Positions 1 to 9,429 of a stretch of 64,000 nucleotides of DNA are shown in pieces (position 1 is the stretch's first letter; every line of letters starts with the position of its first letter). The position numbers and the translations under genes were made by a program. The stretch lies in NCBI GenBank assembly GCA_963754875.1, contig CAVWHO010000020.1:128001-192000 (forward strand), given 5' to 3'. Origin of the DNA: Nitrospirota bacterium. GTDB lineage: Bacteria; Nitrospirota; UBA9217. Under the pieces are notes generated by a model, which saw only the letters and a list, made by a program, of their open reading frames with translations, searched no databases and had not been told where the DNA came from.

Positions 1-1252
1 TCAGGCGCTCGTGCCGGATGCAGACGGTCCTGGTCGGGAAGTTTCCCGTGGGTAGAGCGCCGCCGCCGCTCTGCGAGGTGTCGTCCTGCAGAGAGACCGT
101 AATGCCCGGGTTTCCGATTTGCCTGATGCCGTCGGACAAGAGGACGGCTTTTCGTTCGATCTCGGAAAGCGGCTGGGTCAGCATCCAGAGCGTGGGGATT
201 TCTTTTATCGCCTTGTCCCTGTCCAGGTACTGGCGGAGCGTAGCGTCGAGCGCAGCAAGCGTGAGTTTGTCGATCCTGAGCGCGCGGGCAAGGGGATTGG
301 ACCGGATCGGGTCGAGATAGATTTTTTTGCCGAGGATCATGCCGGCCTGAGGGCCGCCCAGGAGCTTGTCTCCGCTGAAGGTGAGCACGTCGACTCCGGC
401 ATCGACGGCCTGCTGGACGGTCGGCTCATCTCCCGCGCCATAGGGCGAAAGGTCGATGAAACTGCCGCTGCCCAGGTCCCACATGACGGGCAGGCTGTGT
501 TTTTTGCCGAGCTTCGCGAGTTCTCCCGCAGGGACCTCTTTCGTGAAGCCGACTATTTTATAATTGCTCGTATGGACCTTGAGGATCAGGCCGGTGTTCT
601 CATTGATCGCTTTTTCATAGTCTTTGAGATGGGTCTTGTTCGTCGTGCCGACTTCGTGCAAGATTGCCCCGCTCCGCTCCATTACATCGGGTACGCGGAA
701 CGAGCCGCCGATCTCCACCAGTTCGCCTCGGGACACGATGACCTCTTTGCCGCGGGCGAGAGTGTTCAAACAGAGGAGCACCGCTGCCGCATTGTTATTG
801 ACTGCCGTGGCGGCCTCGACGCCGGTGAGGCGGGTGAGGATGCTCTCTACGTGCACGTGGCGTTTGCCGCGCTCACCTGCGGGGATGGCGTACTCAAGGT
901 TGGAGTAGCTGCGGCTCATTTCAACGACGCGCTCTATTGCCTTTTCGGACAGAAGGGAACGGCCGAGGTTCGTATGAACGATGACGCCCGTCGCATTGAT
1001 GACCGGACAAAGGCTCGGTGCGGAGAGTTCCCCCAGGATCGTGTCCGTCTGGTCGAGGATTTCAGGCAGGGAGACCGTCGGTTGATGCGATCCGTTTTTC
1101 TCTCCCTGGAGGATGGCCTTGCGCCGTCTGTCGATGGCGGTCCTGATCGCTTCGAGCACGAGGACGCGCGGGTGTGTTTCAAGCCACTGCCTGGCCCTGT
1201 TTTCCTTCAGGATTTCGTCAACTGAGGGAAGTTGTCTCAACAATTCCTTCAT
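1..1252 (-). CDS. selA: L-seryl-tRNA(Sec) selenium transferase, 3' end outside window
   Basis: Manual minus-strand translation from ATG at 1252: MKELLRQLPSVDEIL...VINATGVIVHTNLGRS...VSRGELVEIGGSFRVPDVM...FSGDKLLGGPQAG (SelA PLP-lysine motif). Absent from the ORF track because it runs off the edge. Confidence 0.93.
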   Translation of the reverse strand, partial: MKELLRQLPSVDEILKENRARQWLETHPRVLVLEAIRTAIDRRRKAILQGEKNGSHQPTVSLPEILDQTDTILGELSAPSLCPVINATGVIVHTNLGRSLLSEKAIERVVEMSRSYSNLEYAIPAGERGKRHVHVESILTRLTGVEAATAVNNNAAAVLLCLNTLARGKEVIVSRGELVEIGGSFRVPDVMERSGAILHEVGTTNKTHLKDYEKAINENTGLILKVHTSNYKIVGFTKEVPAGELAKLGKKHSLPVMWDLGSGSFIDLSPYGAGDEPTVQQAVDAGVDVLTFSGDKLLGGPQAGMILGKKIYLDPIRSNPLARALRIDKLTLAALDATLRQYLDRDKAIKEIPTLWMLTQPLSEIERKAVLLSDGIRQIGNPGITVSLQDDTSQSGGGALPTGNFPTRTVCIRHERL

Positions 1253-1402
1253 AGCGGTAACATAGCATAGCCGATGGGTAATTTCAACAGGGCATTTCCC
1301 AGTTTATTTGGGCCTCCCTTTTTGCTCTTGACATCCTGGCGATAATATGTCAATTTTATGCGCAGAAAGCAAATAAATCCTGATCACGATGAGGTGCTGC
1401 TC

Positions 1403-2410
1403 ATGAACAGACGTTCATTTATCAAGGGTGCAGCTGCCGCGGGCGCAGCGCTTGCGGTCGGGGACCTGTTCATCCCTTTTGCCGAGGCGGTGGATGTTCC
1501 CAAGTTCAACTTCGTCCACATGACGGACCTGCATCTCGATGTCAGGGGAGAAAGCAGCTGGCAGCACCGGGCAGAAAGCGTGCCCCTGTTCATCGACGCG
1601 CTGCGCCAGTTGTCCCATCTGCCCAAACTGAACTTCATTGTCTTCGGCGGGGACCAGGTCCACTACAGCCCGAATGACAAAGAATCTCTCGCTGTGTTCC
1701 AGAAGTGGGCGTCCCACCTTGACATGCCCTATTATATATTGCTCGGCAATACGGAGGTGTCGCCGATCAGGGGTGTATCGAAACTGGGCAAGGACGATTA
1801 TCTCAAAGCATGGAGCGGGAGAGGGCTCAAGCCGGGGAACTCATCATGGGCGTTTGATCCCGTGCATGGCGTACGGGTCATCGGTTTTGACGTTACCGTG
1901 GACGGCAGTCCCCACGGCGAAGCAACTGCCGACGGTCTGAAATGGCTAGAAAACGAGCTCAAAGCGAACCATAAAAAGAAGCTCATCATCGTCTTCACCC
2001 ACCAACTGCTCATGCCGACGACGCAGAAGGATGACAGCCCTGAATGGTCGTTCTGGATGGTGAAGAACCACGAAAAGGTCCGCAGCGTTCTCGATCAGTA
2101 TCCGAATGTACGACTTGTCGTCTCAGGACATCATCATGTGTCCCGTGTCATAACCTCCGGCAGGATCACCTATGTCGCCGACCCTGCCGTTGTGTCCTAT
2201 CCCTGCGCGTTCCGTTCCTACGCCGTGACGAGGGAGGGCATTCACCTGAAAAACATCAGTCTCGACGACAAGGCTACGGTGGACAAGGCATTGGAACTGC
2301 TCGTTACCGACCCCTATGCCAAGATGTACGACGCAGCCGATCCGAAAAAAGCGGCCGACTACAGCGCCGGCTTGACACCGAAGGACCGGGAGACGACGAT
2401 AAAAATATAA
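1403..2410 (+). CDS. Tat-exported calcineurin-like metallophosphoesterase
   Basis: MNRRSFIK twin-arginine signal; DLH, GGD, GNTE, GHHH metallophosphoesterase motifs. Confidence 0.8.
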   Translation: MNRRSFIKGAAAAGAALAVGDLFIPFAEAVDVPKFNFVHMTDLHLDVRGESSWQHRAESVPLFIDALRQLSHLPKLNFIVFGGDQVHYSPNDKESLAVFQKWASHLDMPYYILLGNTEVSPIRGVSKLGKDDYLKAWSGRGLKPGNSSWAFDPVHGVRVIGFDVTVDGSPHGEATADGLKWLENELKANHKKKLIIVFTHQLLMPTTQKDDSPEWSFWMVKNHEKVRSVLDQYPNVRLVVSGHHHVSRVITSGRITYVADPAVVSYPCAFRSYAVTREGIHLKNISLDDKATVDKALELLVTDPYAKMYDAADPKKAADYSAGLTPKDRETTIKI

Positions 2411-2457
2411 GATCGGGTGATGCCTCCGCATAATGAGCCGACTTTTTCCCCCTGTCC

Positions 2458-4603
2458 TTACTCTTGCGCCAGTGAAAAATCGATCCGCTTCCTCGCCGTA
2501 TCCACGCGGTCGACGCGAACCCTGACTCGTCACCGATCCGGTAAACGCTTTTTTTCTGTTCTCCCCGCAGGCAGTGCAGCTTTTCGACGAAATGATAGTA
2601 GTCGTCGGTCAGCGTCGAGACATGCACCAGCCCCTCGACGAAAAGCTCACTGAGCTGTACGAAAAAGCCGAATTGAACCACGCCGGTAATGATCCCGCCG
2701 TACACCTCTCCCAGCTTGTCCTCCATGAACCGGAGTTTCAGCATCGTGATCACGTCGCGCTCCGCCTCCATGGCCTTGCGTTCCCGCTGTGAACAATGCA
2801 GTCGCAGCCTCGGGCAGTTTTTCGGCGAGCGCCTCGACGAAGGCCTCGTCCCTGAGCTTGCCCCGCATGTCCGCCTTCAGGATGCGGTGGACGATGAGAT
2901 CGGGATAACGTCTGATCGGCGAGGTGAAGTGCGTATAGGTTTCCGCGGCGAGGCCGAAGTGGCCGACATTTTCCTCGGAGTACCGCGCCTGCTTCATCGT
3001 GCGCAGGAGGACGGTGTTGATCAGCGTTTCCTCGGGGGTGCCCTTGGCTTTGGCCAGCGCCTTCTGCAGGTGCACGGGCTTGAGCTTCTTTCCCGCAGGC
3101 AGCGAAATGCCGAGCGTGGCGAGGAACTCGACGAGGTCCGCCAGTTTTTCTTCATCCGGTTCTTCGTGGATGCGGTATACGAAAGGCGCTTCCTTGTTTT
3201 CGATGTGGTGAGCTACGGTTTCGTTCGCAGCGAGCATGAATTCCTCAATGATCTGGTGCGCCATATTACGCTCGGCCCTGATGATGTCGGTCATGCGCCC
3301 CTGCAGGTCGAGCACGAGTTCCGGTTCGGGAAGGTCGAAGTCGATACTCCCGCGTTTCGTCCTTTTCGCCCGGAGAATATCCATCACCTCGGCCATCAAA
3401 TCGAACTCGGCGAGAAGCCCGGCGTACCGCTTCCGCTGCGCCGGGTCACGGTCCACGAGGATTTCGCGCACCGCCGTGTAGGTCATGCGTTCGTTGCTGT
3501 TGATGACGCTCTCATAGATGTCGTAGCGCAGGATGTCCGCCCGCAGGAGAAATGTCCATTTCGCAGGTGAGGGTGAGCCGGTCTACGTTCGGGTTCAAAC
3601 TGCAGATGCCGTTCGACAGCTGCATGGGGAGCATGGGGATGACACGGTCGGGAAAATAGACGCTCGTGCCGCGCTGGTAGGCCTCCTCGTCCAGCATGGT
3701 CTTTTCCTTGACATACTGCGCGACGTCGGCGATATGGACCCAGAGGCGGTAGCCGTTTTTGATCCGGGTTATCGAGACGGCGTCATCGAAGTCACGCGCT
3801 TTCTCTCCGTCGATGGTCACCGTGGGCAGGTCCCGGAGGTCCTTCCTGTTTTTCCGCAGAGCCGGAGTGACCTGCTGGGGAACGTCCGCTGCTTCGAGTA
3901 CGGCTGCGGGAGAGAACTGCGTCGGCAGCTCATACTGTTCTATGATCAGCTCCGAGTCGATGCCGGGATCGCCCGGTTTGCCGATGATCCTGACGATCCT
4001 GCCTTCCGGCGGTCTGTTTCGCAGGGGGTAGGCAATGATATCGGCTGCCACGATATCGCCCGGTTTCGCCTCGCCGGCATTCTCGCGGCCGATGATGAGG
4101 TCATGGGTGATCCGCGTATCAAAGGGCGACAGGAACCCGAAACCGCCGGTCCGCGGCCCGGGCAGCTCGTAGGTGCCGACCACCCTGGTCAGGGCGCGTT
4201 CGAGGACGCGCACGATCATGCCCTCGCGTTTGCCTTCGGTTTTTTTTCGTCCTGCAGAAGGCGTGACGCGGACCACGACCTTGTCGCCGTTCATGGCGTC
4301 GAGCGTGCTCCGCGCGGAAACGTAGACGTCGGTTTTTCCCTTTTTCTCAGGAATCACGAAACCGTACCCCTGGGGATGGGCCTGGAAGATGCCGGTTTCG
4401 AGGTCCATTTTCTCGGGCAGACCGTATCGGTTTCCGCGCGTTTTGATGATCTCGCCGGTGAGCACAAGCTCGTTCAGCACTTGCTTCAAGTCGCGGCGGT
4501 CATCGGCCTTGAGCCGAAGCAGCCGCATGAGCTCGCGCACGAGCATGGGCTTGCCTGCCCTGGCCTTGATTAATTCGATGATCTGTTTGTGGGTGTATTT
4601 CAT
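2458..4603 (-). CDS. rnr: Ribonuclease R, split by about 3 frameshifts (~3520, ~2790, ~2525)
   Basis: Segments 3512-4603 (HTH, cold-shock domains, TIDGEKARDFDDA), 2647-3486 (HFTSPIRRYPD), S1 domain in 2304-2771, last piece VRVRVDRVDTARKRIDFSLAQE* ending at 2458. Confidence 0.9.
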
Positions 4604-4701
4604 AATTTTCCTAGAAGGGAGCCTTGACAGGAGCTTGTTACCAATTAGAGGAAATCAATAGGGATAGAATTTTACCCCGTCTCTTGCCTGACGTATGCTA
4701 T

Positions 4702-5106
4702 TTACTTTTTTCCCATTATTAACAGCTTGCCCTTTGCTTCCGCAATCACTACCGGTCCCCGTTCGATTTTTGCTTCTGCCAGGATCAAACGCCTGGTTTC
4801 CTGCGTCAGCCTGCCGGTGACGAGCAGCTCCTGGCCCGGAGCAGTAGACGCCTTGAACTTGACCGTGATCTCGGCAGTCACTGCCGGGAGCCCCACGGCA
4901 AAGGCCAGCTTTGCCATGGCCTCGTCGAGCAGAGACGAGAGGATGCCTCCGTGGACGATCCCTTCGTAGCCCTGGTGGGCGTCAACTGGGATGAATGCTG
5001 CCTTGATGGTGCGTGCGTCCTTGTCTATTTCGAAATCGACGGCAAGGCCGATAGGATTTTTTTTGCCGCATACATAGCAGCTTTGGTTGTCGCGGAGCTG
5101 GTTCAT
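4702..5106 (-). CDS. PaaI-family hotdog thioesterase
   Basis: CYVCGKKNPIGL and HQGYEGIVHGGILSSLLDEAM motifs. Confidence 0.85.
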   Translation of the reverse strand: MNQLRDNQSCYVCGKKNPIGLAVDFEIDKDARTIKAAFIPVDAHQGYEGIVHGGILSSLLDEAMAKLAFAVGLPAVTAEITVKFKASTAPGQELLVTGRLTQETRRLILAEAKIERGPVVIAEAKGKLLIMGKK

Positions 5107-5231
5107 GGAGTATTAAGACAAGTAACAGGACATGCCGGACAACAGAATAAATTCGATTTTCACGCTCGTTCTCTCGAAGTGCCTCTAGCTTGTTCTTGTA
5201 TCTCCCGTTACTAGTCAGTATAATATAAAAA

Positions 5232-8200
5232 ATGTCTTTTGACAATCAGATAAGGTTGACAACAGCAGAGCTGGACGCAGCAGGGATCCTCAACGCAGCG
5301 CAGGCGTTTCGGAATTTTGACCTTCTGCAATCGGAGCTGGGGCAGGACGGCTGTTCCGTGCTGCTGCGACCGCTGTTGAACGAGCTGTCACGGTCGGCGG
5401 ATCCCGATCTCGCACTGAATAATTTTGAACGTTACGCGGGCGCGCTCAATAACAAGATCCAGCGGTTAGTATCACTTTGCCGCGCCCGCCCAGATATCCT
5501 TCATTCCCTCGTTACCATCCTCGGCGCAAGCCGGTTCCTTTCTACCTATCTCATCACCAGTGCAGATGATAGTTTGGCCTTCCTGGAGGCCCCCGATTTT
5601 CTTACACCTCCCGCGGGCAAAGAGGCACTGTTCAAACGGCTGGACGTCATGATCAACGAAGTTCGTGACGACGCAGGCTTCGTCCGAACGCTTCGCATGT
5701 TCCGCAAACAGGAAATGCTCAGGATCGGTTTGCGCGACCTGCTTGGCAAGGCAGACCTCCAGGAGATCGTAGGGGAACTGTCCGACCTGGCAGAGGCCTG
5801 TCTCGAACATGCCTCTGCATGGATGGACGCCGGTCTCCGGAAGCGATACGGCAGGCCGGTCATTCTTCATGACGATGGAAGCACGACGGGTGCCGGTTTT
5901 GCGGTCATCGCCATGGGGAAGCTCGGGGGTCGGGAATTGAACTTCAGTTCCGACATAGATCTTATGTACGTCTACACGTCTGATGGTGAGACGGAGGGGA
6001 CGCTGTCCGCCGCCGGCGCCATGACGAACCGCATCACGAACCATCAGTATTTCATTAAACTCGCGGAAAAAATGACCGCGGCAATAGGCCAGAAGACCGA
6101 GGACGGGTTCGTGTTTCGCGTTGATCTCCGGCTGCGGCCCGAGGGGCAGCGCGGACCGCTGGCGCAGAGTCTGGGCGGGTACGAGATCTACTACGAATCG
6201 TGGGGCCAGACCTGGGAACGGTCGGCGCTGATCAAGGCCAGGCCCGTGGCAGGCGATGAGACTGTGGGCAGGGAGTTTCAGAACAGGATCTCCCCATTCG
6301 TGTACCGGAAATACCTCGACTACAGCGCTATCGCCGAGATCCGCGACATGAAACAGAAGATCAACAAGGACGTGGAGCAGAAAGGAAAGACATTTCGCGA
6401 CGTCAAGCTCGGCTATGGGGGCATCCGCGAGATCGAATTCGTGATCCAGGCTCTCCAACTCATCTATGCAGGGAGGGACCGGTCGCTGCGGGAGAGAAAC
6501 GCGTTGAAGGCCCTGCACATGCTCTCGCAAAAGGGCCTGATCACCTACCAGGAGCACGAAATCCTCGCGAAGGCCTACGTATTTCTTCGTACAGTGGAGC
6601 ACCGAATCCAGATCCTCGACGATCTTCAAACGCAGACGCTGCCGTCAGATGAGCGCGAGTTACGGGCCCTTGCCCGGCGTACGGGATATCTTGAACGGGG
6701 GAGAGAGGCGGAACTGCTGCTTCGGGACTACGCGGACCATACGCGAAAGGTACGAAGCATTTACGACAACCTGTTTTCCTTCACCGGAGAAGAGGGGGGG
6801 CCGCAATCGCCGACCAAAGACTATTCTGCGCTGCTCGATCCGGAAACGTCTGAGCAGGAGTCGGTCCCCCTCCTCGGGAGGCTCGGGTTCCGCGACCCCG
6901 GGAAAGCATATCGGAACCTGCTCTTGCTTCGTGACGGCGAAGCATTTGTTCATCAGACTCCCCGCAGCCGCAAGCTGTTCAATGAAATGTTCCCGCAGCT
7001 CTTCGACGAGATCATCGCATCACCGGATCCTGATATGGCATTGAACCACTTCGAATCGTTCCTTGCGGCCCAGGGCTCCTGGGACGCGATTCAGTCCCTG
7101 GTAAAAATCGATACGTCGGCCCTTCGTGTCCTGGTTGCCGTTTTTGCAAACAGCGAGTATTTGTCGAGAATGCTCGTCAGCCGGCCGCAGTACCTGCAAA
7201 ACCTGCTCGAGTCCCGCCGGGCTTCAGGCGCGGGTACCTGTGCGAAATTTGCGAAGGACCTGGCGGATACCCTCGAACTCGCAGAGGACACAACGGAGAA
7301 ACTCGATGCGCTGAGACGGTTCAAACACCAGGAGGAAATCAGGATTGGGATGGCGGACCTCCTTTCTCACGCGCAGCCCATGACGGTGTTCCATGACTTG
7401 TCGAAGCTCGCTGAAGTGTGCCTCGACGCCGCCCTTGACCTGGCCGCAAAGGAAACGGGAAAACGATACGGCGGCACAGGTTCTCTTTCCGGCCTTGCCG
7501 TCATCGGTGTGGGCAAGCTGGGCGGCAGAGAACTTACGTATGGATCGGACCTCGATATTCTGTTTGTATTTTCCGAACCCCGCGCCGCCGCGCCCCCCAC
7601 GGGCCTGACGGTCTTCGAGTATTTCAATAAGGTGGCGGAAAAAACACTGGCCTATTTATCAACGCTCACCCGGGAAGGGTTTGTCTTCCGCATGGATACG
7701 CGGCTGCGACCGACGGGATCCAAAGGACCGCTCGTACAGAGCATCACAGCGTTCAAACAATACTATGCAGAACAGGCCGAGACCTGGGAGCTCCAATCCG
7801 TACTTCAGGCGAGGTGTGTGGCAGGTGACCGGATGGTGGGTGCTGAGTTCACGACGGCCATTCAGAACCTGATCTATCAGAAGCGTGACCACGCGGCGCT
7901 CGCCCGCGACGTCCTTGCGATGCGTCAACGTATGGAAGAAGAAATCGGCAGGGAAAGTCCGGCCCTTTACAATATCAAACAAGGCGCGGGAGGAATTGTA
8001 GACATCGAATTCCTGGTCCAATATCTTCAGCTCTTGTACGGACATGAGCACGCATTGCTGCGGGTCCCCGGCACGTACAATGCCCTTCGCGCTCTCCAGA
8101 AAAGGAAACTCATTAAGTCCGGCACGTACGATGTCTTGAAACGGGCTTATCTCTTTATGCGTCAGTTGGAAAGCAGGATGCGTATCATCTCGAACCAGGC

Positions 8201-8369
8201 CACGAGCGAGTTGAGCAGAGACCCCGAAAAACTGCATCTGCTTGCGCGCCGAATGGGATATGCAGACTCGGACAGTTCAGCCGGACAGAAACTTCTTTCA
8301 GAGTATGAACGTCTGAGCCTCAAGGTGAGGGAAATATATGATCAGGTTCTTCGCACAGGAGCTGGATGA
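5232..8369 (+). CDS. glnE: Bifunctional glutamine synthetase adenylyltransferase/deadenylyltransferase
   Basis: Two nucleotidyltransferase repeats (GKLGGRELNFSSDIDL and GKLGGRELTYGSDLDI; DLRLRPEG and DTRLRPTG); 1045 aa. Confidence 0.95.
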   Translation: MSFDNQIRLTTAELDAAGILNAAQAFRNFDLLQSELGQDGCSVLLRPLLNELSRSADPDLALNNFERYAGALNNKIQRLVSLCRARPDILHSLVTILGASRFLSTYLITSADDSLAFLEAPDFLTPPAGKEALFKRLDVMINEVRDDAGFVRTLRMFRKQEMLRIGLRDLLGKADLQEIVGELSDLAEACLEHASAWMDAGLRKRYGRPVILHDDGSTTGAGFAVIAMGKLGGRELNFSSDIDLMYVYTSDGETEGTLSAAGAMTNRITNHQYFIKLAEKMTAAIGQKTEDGFVFRVDLRLRPEGQRGPLAQSLGGYEIYYESWGQTWERSALIKARPVAGDETVGREFQNRISPFVYRKYLDYSAIAEIRDMKQKINKDVEQKGKTFRDVKLGYGGIREIEFVIQALQLIYAGRDRSLRERNALKALHMLSQKGLITYQEHEILAKAYVFLRTVEHRIQILDDLQTQTLPSDERELRALARRTGYLERGREAELLLRDYADHTRKVRSIYDNLFSFTGEEGGPQSPTKDYSALLDPETSEQESVPLLGRLGFRDPGKAYRNLLLLRDGEAFVHQTPRSRKLFNEMFPQLFDEIIASPDPDMALNHFESFLAAQGSWDAIQSLVKIDTSALRVLVAVFANSEYLSRMLVSRPQYLQNLLESRRASGAGTCAKFAKDLADTLELAEDTTEKLDALRRFKHQEEIRIGMADLLSHAQPMTVFHDLSKLAEVCLDAALDLAAKETGKRYGGTGSLSGLAVIGVGKLGGRELTYGSDLDILFVFSEPRAAAPPTGLTVFEYFNKVAEKTLAYLSTLTREGFVFRMDTRLRPTGSKGPLVQSITAFKQYYAEQAETWELQSVLQARCVAGDRMVGAEFTTAIQNLIYQKRDHAALARDVLAMRQRMEEEIGRESPALYNIKQGAGGIVDIEFLVQYLQLLYGHEHALLRVPGTYNALRALQKRKLIKSGTYDVLKRAYLFMRQLESRMRIISNQATSELSRDPEKLHLLARRMGYADSDSSAGQKLLSEYERLSLKVREIYDQVLRTGAG

Positions 8370-8835
8370 ATTTATACCTTTGCCGCTCAGAGACATTTGG
8401 GGATCTCGTAAGAAGTCTTTATTTCCCCGGGGCGGGGTACATGAAGAAAGGACCTTGATAATGAAGGCTTTTTCTCTTTTGTGACTTCGTGGCTTTGTGT
8501 GAGACTGGAATTTTAGGACTTTATCAACGTTGGTGAAGATGAGGAAGTTGCCGCTGCTGCTCGTCGGCAGGCATTCCACAAGATAACGCACTGAAACAGA
8601 AGGATTTCGGGCAAGCCCCCCCTCGCACTTGCCATAATGCGGTGGCAGGCGGAATGATTGGGAAAAGGTTTATCACGAGTCATCGAAGAAACGCTTTCTA
8701 TATATAATATATAGGAACTGCTATAGGGACAGGGCAGTCGTCGCAACAACTACCAGCATTTACATTCAGTCTTCTCGCCTCCAGACTGCACTCGCTTAAT
8801 ATAATCCGAAAATTACATTGTTTACAGTATACGCT

Positions 8836-8887
8836 CCTGAATCCCGCGACTTGCAATCCCCCGGCTCCTGCCGGAGGTGGCTTCACT
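8836..8887. repeat. Dispersed ~52-bp palindromic repeat, copy 1
   Basis: cctgaatcccgcgacttgcaatcccccggctcctgccggaggtggcttcact; near-identical copy (3 differences) at 62410-62460. Confidence 0.8.
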
Positions 8888-9065
8888 TATATTCTTAACT
8901 GAAGGACGTTTTCCATTTTTTTTGGAAGTGACAAAAAATGCTATTTTATGTCAAAAAAACTGAAACACAAAAAAGCACAATATATCAATATGTTTTGTTG
9001 TGTAGGTCGTTAAAATGAGAAATATAGCGACGGAAATTTGGCGCCTTCTTCGCACAGTAAATATT

Positions 9066-9078
9066 TAATTCATTGATT
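9066..9078 (-). promoter_or_regulatory. IHF-binding site
   Basis: Minus strand AATCAATGAATTA fits WATCAANNNNTTR, just upstream of the sigma54 promoter. Confidence 0.55.
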
Positions 9079-9095
9079 TATTGGACAAAAGTATA

Positions 9096-9111
9096 TGGCA
9101 AGATAATTGCT
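9096..9111 (+). promoter_or_regulatory. sigma54 (-24/-12) promoter
   Basis: TGGCAAGATAATTGCT: GG-N10-GC with TGGCA/TTGCT consensus. Confidence 0.7.
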
Positions 9112-9429
9112 TTTTAGCAGCAAGATAATATTAGTCGCTCACGGAGTTTCTATTTTTCTTGTCTGGATAGCCTAACAGTCAGCTGAAAAAGTTTTTGAGA
9201 GGTTCGACAGCCCCACTACAAACGGACAAAAAAATCAATCGCTTCGATACTCCCGTGGTTCGCTCTGTCAGGCAAAAAATGAGCAAGGAAGAGTGCCACG
9301 CCAGCACGCTAAAGTTTTTCCATAGGTATCCGATAAGAGGGAAGGTCATAGCTTTTACTTTAGTAAGCCTATTCGGGAAATTAATTTGTTGGGGAAGTAT
9401 TAAACTCGAGTTAGATAAGGAGGAGGAAC

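Noticed and set aside
119..1225. 368-aa plus-strand ORF, and similar long antisense ORFs over rnr, glnE, hyf, tex and the ALS gene
   Set aside because: Shadow frames of recognisable genes on the opposite strand in GC-rich DNA.
1328..1353. TTGACAT-N12-ATGTCAA palindrome between selA and the phosphoesterase gene
   Set aside because: Adequately explained by overlapping -35 boxes of divergent promoters; no second copy noticed to support an operator.
9240..9360. Possible c-di-GMP (GEMM) riboswitch in the lipoprotein leader
   Set aside because: Only scattered GGCAAA and ACGC fragments; the P2 GAAA tetraloop and P3 stems could not be built.
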